Shown: positions 45,262-55,209 of the stretch, piece by piece
Numbering within the stretch: position 1 is the stretch's first letter
How the letters are laid out: every line of letters starts with the position of its first letter
Origin: a virus
Taxonomy: Duplodnaviria; Caudoviricetes
Virus record (IMG/VR): IMGVR_UViG_3300020049_012431
Coordinates: 1-64,000 of that record
Strand: one strand, 5' to 3'
Length of the DNA stretch: 64,000 bases
Position numbers and translations under genes: made by a program
Notes under the pieces: generated by a model
Database searches by the model: none
Told to the model about the DNA's origin: nothing
The model's input: only the letters and a program-made list of their open reading frames with translations

Positions 45262-46212
45262 CTACCTCCTATAGTAATTACGTGCGTTTCTCAGAGCCGT
45301 GTGTCTATTAACAACTTTAATCGCACTACCTTCGACGCGATCATCAACAACAGTACCTAGCTTAAGTTCCATTTCGGTAAGCTTAGCATTTGCCGCAGCC
45401 AATCCTTGTTGATCACCAAGAGCTTCAAGACATCGACAAGCCATGCGCTGAGATAGGAGAGAATGAAGATCTGTTGGTATTTGAGGAATAATACATTCTT
45501 CTGCTATACAAATATGATCACCGACAACTAATTTTGAAGGAAGATCTGTTGTCGAGAAGCTTATGATATTATTTACTGTATCAACATTTGTGATAGCTTT
45601 ATCAATAGACATACATTTGTGTGGGCTTTTCACTTTAATGAAATCCACCAATGTATTTATACCAAAAATTGTTGGTATTTTATCTACTGTAACTTGTCCG
45701 GTAACTGTATCAATCGCTTGTACTATCATCGCTCTATCTTCCGAAACGAGCGCGCTTGGGCGAATGTAATAGTACATACGTATGTGACCTTGAATATCAA
45801 GGCCAATCTCAGGCATTAAACACACATCATTATTTTTAATGTAGAATGCTCTGAGTGGAGAATTAGATCCGGTATTTCCATTGTGTTGATAAAAAGATAT
45901 ATCTTCTACTAAAATACGAGTCATTTCAAAAATATTGTTACCAGTATCTTGAAATGCGACATCTCTTAGTTTATTTCCTGCGGCTCTATATGGAATGGCA
46001 TATTGACTCACACCTTTTTGCAAAGGTACATTCTCATCAAATAAAAAATAGTCTTCATGAAACGACATCACATACGGAATAACCGCAGTGTCCATTTCCT
46101 CATTGGCAAACGCAAGAAAATCTTCTTCGGTAAATGTTACCTGTGATTTAGGTATCATTGCCCTACGCGTCGCGCTATCTATTAAAGTTTTTGACGTAAG
46201 GTATCTAGCCAT
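45262..46212 (-). CDS. Putative head-tail adaptor protein
   Basis: Position upstream of the nozzle; helical N-terminus, YAIPYRA. Confidence 0.6.
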   Translation of the reverse strand: MARYLTSKTLIDSATRRAMIPKSQVTFTEEDFLAFANEEMDTAVIPYVMSFHEDYFLFDENVPLQKGVSQYAIPYRAAGNKLRDVAFQDTGNNIFEMTRILVEDISFYQHNGNTGSNSPLRAFYIKNNDVCLMPEIGLDIQGHIRMYYYIRPSALVSEDRAMIVQAIDTVTGQVTVDKIPTIFGINTLVDFIKVKSPHKCMSIDKAITNVDTVNNIISFSTTDLPSKLVVGDHICIAEECIIPQIPTDLHSLLSQRMACRCLEALGDQQGLAAANAKLTEMELKLGTVVDDRVEGSAIKVVNRHTALRNARNYYRR

Positions 46213-46574
46213 TATTTTTTCATCGCATCAAGTTTTGCTTGCATTTCTTTAATTTTCATCTGAAGTTCTTCTGGTGAGCATTCTTCTTCGCCCATCTCTT
46301 CATCTTCATTTCCTAAATGATCGGTTTCCATATCTTCAGAACCAGCATCAGATGCTTCTTCATGGGCCATTTTATCCATTTCTGGCATCCCATGCATCAT
46401 TTCTTTTGCTTTATCAAGACCTTTTTCAAGACCGTCTTTATCGTTAGCCATAACACTAACTTTTTTCATTCCGTCCATTTTACCTTTAAGGTCTTCGCCC
46501 ATCATGCCTGTTGCCATTTTTTTCAAATCTTGCAACATTTTCATTTTGGCTTGTTGTTTCATATCTGGTTTCAT
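46212..46574 (-). CDS. Met/Glu/Lys-rich hypothetical protein
   Basis: AGGAG SD before ATG 46574. Confidence 0.65.
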   Translation of the reverse strand: MKPDMKQQAKMKMLQDLKKMATGMMGEDLKGKMDGMKKVSVMANDKDGLEKGLDKAKEMMHGMPEMDKMAHEEASDAGSEDMETDHLGNEDEEMGEEECSPEELQMKIKEMQAKLDAMKK

Positions 46575-46584
46575 GTTTTCTCCT

Positions 46585-46911
46585 TTAGAATCCACGTAAT
46601 TTTTTTAAAGCTTCAATTTTTGGATCAACCGGTGCTGGTTGAAATTCGTTATATAGACTGTCAAGTTCTTTATCTGTAAACTTCGGTTTTTGTTCTACAT
46701 GTTGAGGTTGTTCACGCATTTTTTGCATTGCCCTGTTGTAATTATCAACATCGCCTTGAACATCTGGTATATCGTTATTCATTTTTTCGGCAGGTTGCAT
46801 TCCCATAAGTTGTTTTATATTACTAAAACTGTCTTTTGGGTTATTGAACGCAGCGCTGAACTCAGCGCCACGTTTTAATCTAGCCGGTAATTTTTTATCA
46901 CCTTGACCCAT
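46585..46911 (-). CDS. Hypothetical protein
   Basis: 108-aa ORF, AAGG SD. Confidence 0.6.
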   Translation of the reverse strand: MGQGDKKLPARLKRGAEFSAAFNNPKDSFSNIKQLMGMQPAEKMNNDIPDVQGDVDNYNRAMQKMREQPQHVEQKPKFTDKELDSLYNEFQPAPVDPKIEALKKLRGF

Positions 46912-46921
46912 TAATTATTCC

Positions 46922-48334
46922 TTAGATAGAGGTAGTGTTAGCTCTAAACTTAATTGCACCAGAAACAAATCCAGCAAGATTCGCACTAGTGTATTGGATT
47001 TGGCCAGCGGAAGTAATAGAGAATACAATCTGACTGTCATCACCAGTAGCAGATTGTGTCATATCCCAACTAGCACCTTTTTGTACACCAAGTAATTCAT
47101 ACACTTCAAACAAATCAGCTGTTGCATCAATAGCAATAGAAACAAGCGCTTTGAAGCTTCTTACTGAAGCATTAGCAAAAGCCAATCCAGTAACGTCAGC
47201 GGCAGCCGCTTGATTGTTTGCCATAGAGAAGGTAGACTCATTAATATCACCAGCACTATTTAAAGCAATACCTGACAAGAAGTTAGCGCGAGTAATTTTT
47301 CTGTTTGCACTAGCAACAGAACCGAATACAACTAATTCATCAGCGTTGTTTGGTGTAGTGATAGCTGTAAGACCGGCAATATCCAAAGCGATCGATGGAT
47401 TGCCAGAAACACCATCACCATTAGAAACAGCAATAGCACTACCAGCAGAAATACTACGTCCAGTAAAAGTATCAGCTGCAGTTTGTACCAAAATTCCATT
47501 AGTGTTATGCGCAGCTAATGCTGTAAGTGTAGCATCAAGTGGTTGTTTATTACCTAATTGAGACTGGATACCAGAAGTAACACCATCCAAATATTGGAAT
47601 TCAGCGTTGCTTACAGAACCATCAGCGATTTTGCTTGCATCAATAGCAGCAGAAGCGTTAATGTCGGCGTCTACTAAGCTACCAGCAACGATTGTTGCGG
47701 TGATAGTGTTCGCACCATCATTGTAAGTAAAATCGATTTTTGAGCTATCAGTAAGAATGCTACCAACAGCATCTTGTGCTCGTTCGTCAGTGAAATAAAG
47801 GTTTGAACCTTCAGAAATATCACTAGAAGAAAGAACAACAACACCAGAAGCGCCGTTTACGCTTACAACATTGTCTGCACCACTATGTGCTTTTTCCCAA
47901 ATGCTACCGTTATAAATAGCATAGTCACCAACGATGAAATTTAAGCTATTAACACCAGCACCAGCTGTAGTAACACGGTAAACATCACCAGTATTACCAG
48001 TTCCATCAACAAGGGTTGGTGAATTGGTTGATGCATTATATGTACCTTGGTATTCCATGATACTATTAGGTAACTGAGCAACAGGAACCTTACCGCCAGA
48101 GTCTAGGGACGCGTAACCATTTGCTGCGCCTTTTTCTGAGGTATCTTGTTTATTACCTAATTGGGTTTGAACAGAAGACGTAGCTCCTGACAAATAACCC
48201 AATTCAGTGTTAGTAACCGATGAGCTACTTACATTTCCTGACCCGTCTAATTGCAATACTCTACTTGCCGTTTCTGCGGTAAGTTGTATGCCACCCTGGG
48301 CTTTTATTCTATTTTTCTGTTTAATATCTGACAT
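46922..48334 (-). CDS. Tail fibre-like structural protein
   Basis: GANGYASLDSGGKVP, SVNGASG, TDERAQDAVG and EFQYLDGVTS fibre motifs. Confidence 0.75.
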   Translation of the reverse strand: MSDIKQKNRIKAQGGIQLTAETASRVLQLDGSGNVSSSSVTNTELGYLSGATSSVQTQLGNKQDTSEKGAANGYASLDSGGKVPVAQLPNSIMEYQGTYNASTNSPTLVDGTGNTGDVYRVTTAGAGVNSLNFIVGDYAIYNGSIWEKAHSGADNVVSVNGASGVVVLSSSDISEGSNLYFTDERAQDAVGSILTDSSKIDFTYNDGANTITATIVAGSLVDADINASAAIDASKIADGSVSNAEFQYLDGVTSGIQSQLGNKQPLDATLTALAAHNTNGILVQTAADTFTGRSISAGSAIAVSNGDGVSGNPSIALDIAGLTAITTPNNADELVVFGSVASANRKITRANFLSGIALNSAGDINESTFSMANNQAAAADVTGLAFANASVRSFKALVSIAIDATADLFEVYELLGVQKGASWDMTQSATGDDSQIVFSITSAGQIQYTSANLAGFVSGAIKFRANTTSI

Positions 48335-48345
48335 TTTCTCTCCTG

Positions 48346-48663
48346 TTATTCTATTATTATTAAGCCCGTAAATCTATTATCGGGTACATCACTCACTTTT
48401 AAAGTTACGTCACCACTAGCATTAACTTCAACAGCAGTAACTACTTGTTCAAATGTTGTCACACCTTCATATACAACAACCATTGGGGTGGCACCCATTC
48501 CGTGTGTTGCTGCGGTCACTGTGAACGTATAATCTGGAGAAGCAAGAACCCAGCTAGCATTATTAAATGTTGTGCTGTATTTCGTTGCTGGAGCAGGACC
48601 TCCGCCGCTACCACCACCAGTTATATCAAGCTGCCCGGTAAACGGGTTCAGTTTAATCCCCAC
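48346..48663 (-). CDS. Small structural/fibre-associated protein
   Basis: KLNPFTGQLD; VTAATHGMG. Confidence 0.6.
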   Translation of the reverse strand: MGIKLNPFTGQLDITGGGSGGGPAPATKYSTTFNNASWVLASPDYTFTVTAATHGMGATPMVVVYEGVTTFEQVVTAVEVNASGDVTLKVSDVPDNRFTGLIIIE

Positions 48664-48665
48664 AA

Positions 48666-48926
48666 TTACACCGTTCTTTCAACCAAGTCAATCTCATCAT
48701 GTGAGCTATTATTATATGTTATCTGGAGCGTGTAAAGTAGCGTAGATCCATCGTAAAATGAATATGTGTCAACCGTTGGCGATACCGCTGAACGAACGAT
48801 TTTATGTCCCTGTTTTGCGCTAATAAACCCACTAACAGCTAAAGTGCTATCTTGGTCATTATATGCTCCCCTAAGAGCATTATTACCCGATTGATCGGAC
48901 ATTTTTTTTGTTGTACTATTTGACAT
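48666..48926 (-). CDS. Small structural protein
   Basis: 86-aa ORF in the structural block. Confidence 0.6.
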   Translation of the reverse strand: MSNSTTKKMSDQSGNNALRGAYNDQDSTLAVSGFISAKQGHKIVRSAVSPTVDTYSFYDGSTLLYTLQITYNNSSHDEIDLVERTV

Positions 48927-49360
48927 TATTTCCCCGCCAGTATTATAGCTATTAGTAACAAATTCATAGCTACTGATAGTATTAATAATTTTTTATTTCG
49001 ACTACCATGTCTAAGTTGTTTTTTAACTTCTAGATTCTCACTTATGTCAATAACCTTTGAAGGGACTTCCTGAATCTTAATCACTTCAATGGGGATTTCT
49101 ACGATTTTTTCATACATAACAGGCACTTCTACCGTTTTGTACTCAACCATAACCCGATCAATGGGTTTTTCTACAATACGCTCTTGTATTTGTATAACAG
49201 GCTTTTCTATCTCTTTTATCACTTCTACAATACGTTCTTGTATTACTGGTCTATCAACATAAACTATCTTCTCTTCAATTACCGGTCTGTCCACATAAAC
49301 GATCGTAGGTTCTGAAGATACCGAAGATTTATTATTGCTACCAAAAGTGACGCTACCCAT
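48926..49360 (-). CDS. Val/Glu/Lys/Pro repeat protein with C-terminal TM
   Basis: VDRPVIEEKIV / EKIVEIP repeats. Confidence 0.65.
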   Translation of the reverse strand: MGSVTFGSNNKSSVSSEPTIVYVDRPVIEEKIVYVDRPVIQERIVEVIKEIEKPVIQIQERIVEKPIDRVMVEYKTVEVPVMYEKIVEIPIEVIKIQEVPSKVIDISENLEVKKQLRHGSRNKKLLILSVAMNLLLIAIILAGK

Positions 49361-49361
49361 T

Positions 49362-49727
49362 TTATGCCTTTAATAAAAGAACGCTGTTAGGATCATTTTT
49401 GATCATTTTAATGCGCACCGCTAATAATGGTCTTGGTCGTAAAGCGTGTATTGGAAGTTCAAACCACACATCAGCATCCATTACTGGGCTAACCATAACC
49501 TTAGCGTCACCAAAAAGACAAACTTGTGACATATCCGAACATTCAAGAATAGCTTCGTTTTTTAAACTAATCATAGATCTAAAAACGCTTATGCTGTCTT
49601 CTTTATGGTTTAATGAAAAATTCATTTCACCAGCAGAAAGAACAACATCAAGAGCCTCAGCTTCAGGATTAAAAGATGCCTTAATTACTTGATCACTAGA
49701 AAGGTAGTGTTTTATTGTATTATCCAT
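49362..49727 (-). CDS. Hypothetical protein
   Basis: In-frame ATG 49727 follows the previous stop. Confidence 0.6.
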   Translation of the reverse strand: MDNTIKHYLSSDQVIKASFNPEAEALDVVLSAGEMNFSLNHKEDSISVFRSMISLKNEAILECSDMSQVCLFGDAKVMVSPVMDADVWFELPIHALRPRPLLAVRIKMIKNDPNSVLLLKA

Positions 49728-49728
49728 A

Positions 49729-50205
49729 TTATTGACCACCCATAAGTTTTTTAAGATTAGCAAACTTAGCACCAATGTCTGGACCTGCGTCGCTAGCTAA
49801 ACTGGCAGCTTTTTTAGCAGCTTCTTCTACCACTTCTTGTGCTGTTTTTACAACAGGCACAGACCCGGTTGCTTTACCGAGAAGATATTCCATACTTGCC
49901 GGAAGTTTTTGTCCAGCACTTTTAGCAGCTTGTAATTTAGCCATTGCTTGAGCCGCTGCACCAGTGAATGCCTTACCGACAGTACCCATTGTTCCCATAC
50001 CCATGGCTATAGGCATATCCGCATAGGCACGTTTTTCATCAGCAGCACTTTGCATCATTGAATCGGGTAAACCCATTTTCTGTACAAGCATATTACGTAC
50101 ACTGTTGTCTGCCGGTTTGTCTTCATCGCCAGGTTCAATCGGTCGATCTATCTTTAGGCCGTTTTGAATACTTTGTAGCAAGCGAGCTTTTAATTCTGGA
50201 TCCAT
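49729..50205 (-). CDS. Hypothetical protein
   Basis: 158-aa ORF. Confidence 0.65.
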   Translation of the reverse strand: MDPELKARLLQSIQNGLKIDRPIEPGDEDKPADNSVRNMLVQKMGLPDSMMQSAADEKRAYADMPIAMGMGTMGTVGKAFTGAAAQAMAKLQAAKSAGQKLPASMEYLLGKATGSVPVVKTAQEVVEEAAKKAASLASDAGPDIGAKFANLKKLMGGQ

Positions 50206-50615
50206 TATTTACACCTATTCTTAAGTTTATATTGTCTTTGTTCAGACTTATCGGCTATGTCACCAAGAAGTTGTTTTGTTCCTTCTGTTCGGCCTTGTGT
50301 TGGTTGTTGTATCATTGAACACAAAGTCTTCTCCATATCAAGAAGAACAAGTAAATATCCTTTGTTTTCTTTCTGACTCATCGCAATACTTTTCAATCGC
50401 ATAACAGCAGATTCTTGGATCATTATAATTTCTTCCATTGACAAAGATGAAAGACCTATGATGCGTTCCACAACACCATCATACTCAGATTCGTATGCTG
50501 GATACAGATCACCAAGCATGTTGTGATCTTGCATAAATACAGCACCAGAAACAACATTATGCGCTGCGTGCGCAAAAAGATGCATTGATCTAAGAAGTGC
50601 GGCTATATCTTTCAT
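50205..50615 (-). CDS. Ferritin/Dps-like four-helix protein
   Basis: HAAHNVVSG..FMQDH..LGDLY..YESEYDGVVERIIG; ADKSEQRQY. Confidence 0.7.
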   Translation of the reverse strand: MKDIAALLRSMHLFAHAAHNVVSGAVFMQDHNMLGDLYPAYESEYDGVVERIIGLSSLSMEEIIMIQESAVMRLKSIAMSQKENKGYLLVLLDMEKTLCSMIQQPTQGRTEGTKQLLGDIADKSEQRQYKLKNRCK

Positions 50616-53600
50616 TTATATTCCCTGTCTAAATAAGTTAAAATATGTTCGTGTCAATGTTGTATCACCAGTTAAAGAACCGCCACTATTTTGGTAAGTA
50701 AATACTTCATAATAATCACCAGCAATAGCTCTATCAAAATAGCTAATATCAATAGTTTGATTATTTACTTGAGCCGGAACATATTTAGCCGCAACCTCAG
50801 AACCATTTTTGTAAATATAAATAATTCTAGTGCCAGTAGTGTTACTGTTACTCCATGTTAACTGTGCTTGCATAAAATAGTCACCAGTGGCAGGAATTAC
50901 TGCACGATAATTTGTTGTATTATCAAAAATACTATGACTATCAAATGATTTAGATGGAAATTGCACTTTGACTGTACTATTATTTGCAAATGATTGTCCG
51001 TTAATAGAATAGGCTTTCATTTTAATAGTTTCTGTTGCTGAAATTTGACTTGGGCCACTTACTCTGACGATAGATAGTGTAGGAATAAAATTTCCGGCAC
51101 TGTACACAAGATTTCTGTTTACATCAGGGACAAGTTTTATCGTATCACCAGCTTTTAAATTAGGTATTAACATACTACCAGATTTAGCTCGTGTTGTGTC
51201 TGTTGTAGTTAAATTATTATTGAAACTTCCATTTACTTGAATATTACAAGCTATATCACCTACGGTACTATATAATCCGGTACCATGAATTTGGTAGTCA
51301 CCAGCAACCGGCACAGTATAAATGCCAGTAGAACTATTATAAGCACCGTGACTATCTTTTGTTACAACCGGGAAAACAAACGCACTTCCCGCTGTTCCGG
51401 TTATATTTGCTGTGGTTGTTACAACGCAATCAACGACTCTTGTATCAGCACTATCGCTCATCTGAACGCTTGAAGACCAACCAGTAATTGGAACCATAGC
51501 TTCAACAGTCACCCAGTCATTATTAACAAACAAACCATTCCAGGCATTTTGTCCTAAATTTTGCGACACGCTTGTACTTGCTAAAAATAGTTGATTTGTA
51601 AAAGATGTGTTGTATGCAACAACATGTTTTACTAATGTGGTCTCAGTGCCTGTTTGTACAATTCGAGAAGCCTCACCAAATACAAATTTTCGCGTTGACC
51701 CTACTTTTGCGGTATCAATTGTTAATCCGCTAGGCATAGTTAGTGCCGTTGTGGATGCATTAGTTGCTGTTAACTGAAATGAACCATTAATCTGTACGCT
51801 ATCACCTATGCGTCTATACCAAAATGTAACACTGGCTACCGTTGGGCTTCCGTTAAATGTTGGTGTATAAGATTGCCAATCAGTAATTGGTGAGCCGTAA
51901 ACATAAGAAGTTGGTGCAACAGAAACATTATCAACTTTTACAGTATAAGCTGATGCGCTTGTTGTTCCACAATGTAAAATCAATCTATAACTTGTGCTAT
52001 TACTTGATGTTTGAAAATTTGCCATAAATCTATCAGCAATAGTAGTGTTATTGCTATACAATCGATATGTGCTCGGTTGAATAAGTACACCATTTGTAAC
52101 ATCATAAACCCAAACAGTAATGTCACTATCACCGGCAGTTGTTCTGTCAGAAGGATTACCCGCAACAAAAGTTCCACTAGCTACGATATAATCAAAACCA
52201 ATCTGCATTACTTTAGCTTTACTAGATGTATCAATGGTAAAATCAAAGCTAACACCATTACCTTGGCGATTTGCTGCATCTTTAGTAATAAGGAAAGAAG
52301 CAGAACCAGAAAGTGGGCTACTTGTTGTTCTTGTGAAAGTTAATGTTGGTGAACCAGAAGTACCATCAACAGGACTTGTTCCCCCAGCATCCGCATACGT
52401 TGCCCAACCGGTAGTGTCAGCTTCAGCGTCAGGATTTGAACCAATAGCATTGTTATCTATTTTACCCCAAGCAGGAATTCCACCAAGAGATTTCAACACT
52501 TGATTTGTTGAACCTAGAGCTAAACGAGTTCCAGCACCAGCTATTGCTCCATAAATAATGTCACCAGCTGTAGTCATTGGTGATAAATTATTAAACGCAG
52601 TAGATGCGCTTGTTGCGTTTGTTCCACCATTAGCGATAGGTAGAGTTCCAGTTACGCCAGTAGTGAGAGATACATTTGTTATTGTATTATTTGATCCATT
52701 AATTGTTTTATTTGTTAATGTATCAGTTGTTGCTTTACCAACAAGAGTGTCAGTAGCATCAGGAAGAGTTAATGAACGATTTGCTGTTTGTGAACCAACA
52801 AGAGTTGTTGCTGTACTAGTAGTACCTGCTGCATCAAATTTAATTTGTTTTGTAGCATCGATTGCATCATTAATAGCAAAAGATGTATCTGTAAAAGTAG
52901 AACCACTTCCACCACCAGCACCACCAGTAAGCTGCCAACGAGAAGATGTTGCATCATATGTAAATGCCATTGTTGCATTATTGGCCATAGGAGCATTTGC
53001 TGCTGTTCCAGTTTGGATTCTGTCTGCTGCTGTTGCGCCAGCATCCTCATTATTAATATTAATGCTTGCACCAGTTTTATTTTCAACAATTAAAAACTGA
53101 CCAGCACTACCCGCAGGAATACCAGCAAGAGATGTAAGTGATGCGTTTGTAAGACGAATAACACCAGAAGTAAAAGCACTAGCTGTAGCTGACGCCCCAG
53201 TAACCGTCGCATCTGTTGATACAGAAAATTGTACTTGTTTATTAGAAAGGGTTGCTGTAGCTGAGTTCTTAGTCGCATCTGAAGTGTTATCAACGTTACC
53301 CAGACCTACGTCACCCTTAACGATACCTGTTGGTGTATTAATTACTGGACTAGTGAGTGTCTTGTTTGCTAATGTTTGCGAATCTGTTGTCCCAACAACA
53401 TCTCCAACAACACCATGAACACCACTAGATGCTCCAGTGTGTGATGTGAAAGAAGAATCACTAGCTTTATCATTAAGTTGTGTTTGAATTGCGCTAGTAA
53501 CACCATCAAGGTAAGAAAATTCAGTATTACTAACTAATCCTCCACCAATTTTAGTAGCATCAATAGCCGCCGCTACAGCAATGTTAGTATCAGCTAAATT

Positions 53601-53963
53601 TGATATTGTGTTTGAAGCTGCGTCAATTGTTTTATTAGTAAGAGTAACTGATGCTGAGTTTTTTGTTGCATCTGAAGTATTGTCTACATTACCTAATCCG
53701 ACATCGGATTTAGTAATACCAGTTGGTGTATTAATGACCGGGCTAGTAAGAGTCTTATTTGTAAGAGTATCGGTTGTTGCTTTACCGACTAAAGTATCAG
53801 TAGCATCTGGTAGTGTGATAGTGCGAGAAGCAGTTTGTGATGTTGTTACTGTTGTCTTAGTGCCTACACTTCCGCCCGGAACGATATCAATCTCTTTTGG
53901 AGAATTGGTATTTTCCTGACGAATGTTTAAGCCTTTAATAAATTTTGTGAATGAAAAAGCCAT
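50616..53963 (-). CDS. Long tail fibre / receptor-binding protein
   Basis: 1115 aa; repeated TLTNKT and DVGLGNVDNTSD motifs, GTLPIANGGT, C-terminal C1q-like beta domains. Confidence 0.85.
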   Translation of the reverse strand: MAFSFTKFIKGLNIRQENTNSPKEIDIVPGGSVGTKTTVTTSQTASRTITLPDATDTLVGKATTDTLTNKTLTSPVINTPTGITKSDVGLGNVDNTSDATKNSASVTLTNKTIDAASNTISNLADTNIAVAAAIDATKIGGGLVSNTEFSYLDGVTSAIQTQLNDKASDSSFTSHTGASSGVHGVVGDVVGTTDSQTLANKTLTSPVINTPTGIVKGDVGLGNVDNTSDATKNSATATLSNKQVQFSVSTDATVTGASATASAFTSGVIRLTNASLTSLAGIPAGSAGQFLIVENKTGASININNEDAGATAADRIQTGTAANAPMANNATMAFTYDATSSRWQLTGGAGGGSGSTFTDTSFAINDAIDATKQIKFDAAGTTSTATTLVGSQTANRSLTLPDATDTLVGKATTDTLTNKTINGSNNTITNVSLTTGVTGTLPIANGGTNATSASTAFNNLSPMTTAGDIIYGAIAGAGTRLALGSTNQVLKSLGGIPAWGKIDNNAIGSNPDAEADTTGWATYADAGGTSPVDGTSGSPTLTFTRTTSSPLSGSASFLITKDAANRQGNGVSFDFTIDTSSKAKVMQIGFDYIVASGTFVAGNPSDRTTAGDSDITVWVYDVTNGVLIQPSTYRLYSNNTTIADRFMANFQTSSNSTSYRLILHCGTTSASAYTVKVDNVSVAPTSYVYGSPITDWQSYTPTFNGSPTVASVTFWYRRIGDSVQINGSFQLTATNASTTALTMPSGLTIDTAKVGSTRKFVFGEASRIVQTGTETTLVKHVVAYNTSFTNQLFLASTSVSQNLGQNAWNGLFVNNDWVTVEAMVPITGWSSSVQMSDSADTRVVDCVVTTTANITGTAGSAFVFPVVTKDSHGAYNSSTGIYTVPVAGDYQIHGTGLYSTVGDIACNIQVNGSFNNNLTTTDTTRAKSGSMLIPNLKAGDTIKLVPDVNRNLVYSAGNFIPTLSIVRVSGPSQISATETIKMKAYSINGQSFANNSTVKVQFPSKSFDSHSIFDNTTNYRAVIPATGDYFMQAQLTWSNSNTTGTRIIYIYKNGSEVAAKYVPAQVNNQTIDISYFDRAIAGDYYEVFTYQNSGGSLTGDTTLTRTYFNLFRQGI

Positions 53964-53975
53964 GTCTGCTTATCC

Positions 53976-54458
53976 TTATATCGGTAAAGTTTTAGCTGTA
54001 AATTTAATAACACCACTGTAACCTGTGCTATCAATATCGGTGCTTATATATTGAATTTGTCCTGCGTCAGTGATGGAAAACACCACACCGCTATCTCCGT
54101 TTTTTTGTTGAGTAAAACTCCATTTGCTACCTAAAGATGCAGCATTATCATAATTTAGATATATAATACCACTTTCAACATGTCCTGATGGATTTGCTGT
54201 AGATATACGATATACGCTATATTGAATATTAGCCGCTCTCACCGTGCTAGGATTAAAAAATAATCTGTTAACATCAGTAGGTGTAGATACGTTGTTATTA
54301 ATACTATAACTAGTTTGAAGAATATCATCAGAAGACACTAAGGAAGCAAGTACTGCGGTCACTTCTGAAGCCCAGTCACTAGCGTCTTGACCCCAACCCG
54401 GCTCAGAGCCCGGATCAGGATATTGAAACGTGGTATTATTTACTGTTAATAAGGGCAT
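53976..54458 (-). CDS. Structural protein homologous to the C-terminus of 46922-48334
   Basis: VFSITxAGQIQYxS...SGxIKFxA shared. Confidence 0.7.
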   Translation of the reverse strand: MPLLTVNNTTFQYPDPGSEPGWGQDASDWASEVTAVLASLVSSDDILQTSYSINNNVSTPTDVNRLFFNPSTVRAANIQYSVYRISTANPSGHVESGIIYLNYDNAASLGSKWSFTQQKNGDSGVVFSITDAGQIQYISTDIDSTGYSGVIKFTAKTLPI

Positions 54459-54490
54459 ACTTCTCCTAATTTATCATAGATATATGTTAA

Positions 54491-54901
54491 TTAGGGAATG
54501 AATACGTTCTTCCGTCTGGCACCACGATTTTTCATGTCTAAATGGCACCAAGAAGATGTATGTGCTGGACTTTCTTGCCACAGACCATACTTTTTTAATA
54601 ATGCATCAGATTCATCAACTAACTCATCTATTTCCCCATGAACGTCAGCTAAATCTATAGCCTGACAGCTCATATGAAGGCTCGCCTTTGCGCTACCAGC
54701 GGTAGCAGCATTAACCTCTGGTGGCCTAAATCCGCTACTCACAGTGACACTTTTTATACCCAAATCAGTTAAGAATGCGTTAACTTTAACTAATAAGGCG
54801 TTGGCATTAGCTACGCATTCTGGTGTGAGGGCTTTATTCTTTAGTCTTTCCGGATACTTACCACTAGCTGTTATGTATTGTTCAAATGAAATAAGTGACA
54901 T
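54491..54901 (-). CDS. Peptidase M15 (endolysin-type Zn peptidase)
   Basis: VSSGFRP, SLHMSCQAIDLAD, WCHLD; AGGAG SD before 54901. Confidence 0.85.
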   Translation of the reverse strand: MSLISFEQYITASGKYPERLKNKALTPECVANANALLVKVNAFLTDLGIKSVTVSSGFRPPEVNAATAGSAKASLHMSCQAIDLADVHGEIDELVDESDALLKKYGLWQESPAHTSSWCHLDMKNRGARRKNVFIP

Positions 54902-54911
54902 GTTTTTCTCC

Positions 54912-54940
54912 TTGACAGGCATATAGTAATATGTTATGTT
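54912..54940 (+). promoter_or_regulatory. Sigma70-type promoter, leaderless geometry
   Basis: TTGACA-17-TATGTT, then 6 nt to ATG 54947 (23-aa ORF 54947-55018). Confidence 0.55.
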
Positions 54941-55010
54941 AGTTATATGAAATACACACCAGGACAGATTGATATGCTATATAGTAGAGCTAATCAAATA
55001 CGAGAGTTTA

Positions 55011-55208
55011 ATGAATAAATTTTTATTAATAACAAATCTATTGTTTTTTCTTCTTGTTTGTTTCTCAGTAAAAGAGGCTATTACACATAGTGAAGAAATG
55101 TATCGAATAAATATTCAGACAATGAAACACGCATATAACCTTGGGTGCACTGAATCCGGTGGAGACATGTGTGATGAATTAGCTAACGATCTTATCGAAG
55201 GGTTATGA
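55011..55208 (+). CDS. Small membrane-anchored protein
   Basis: N-terminal hydrophobic helix. Confidence 0.55.
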   Translation: MNKFLLITNLLFFLLVCFSVKEAITHSEEMYRINIQTMKHAYNLGCTESGGDMCDELANDLIEGL

Positions 55209-55209
55209 A

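Noticed and set aside
34248-53919. Numerous plus-strand ORFs of 60-180 aa within the late block
   Set aside because: Antisense shadows of long Gly/Ala/Thr-rich minus-strand genes
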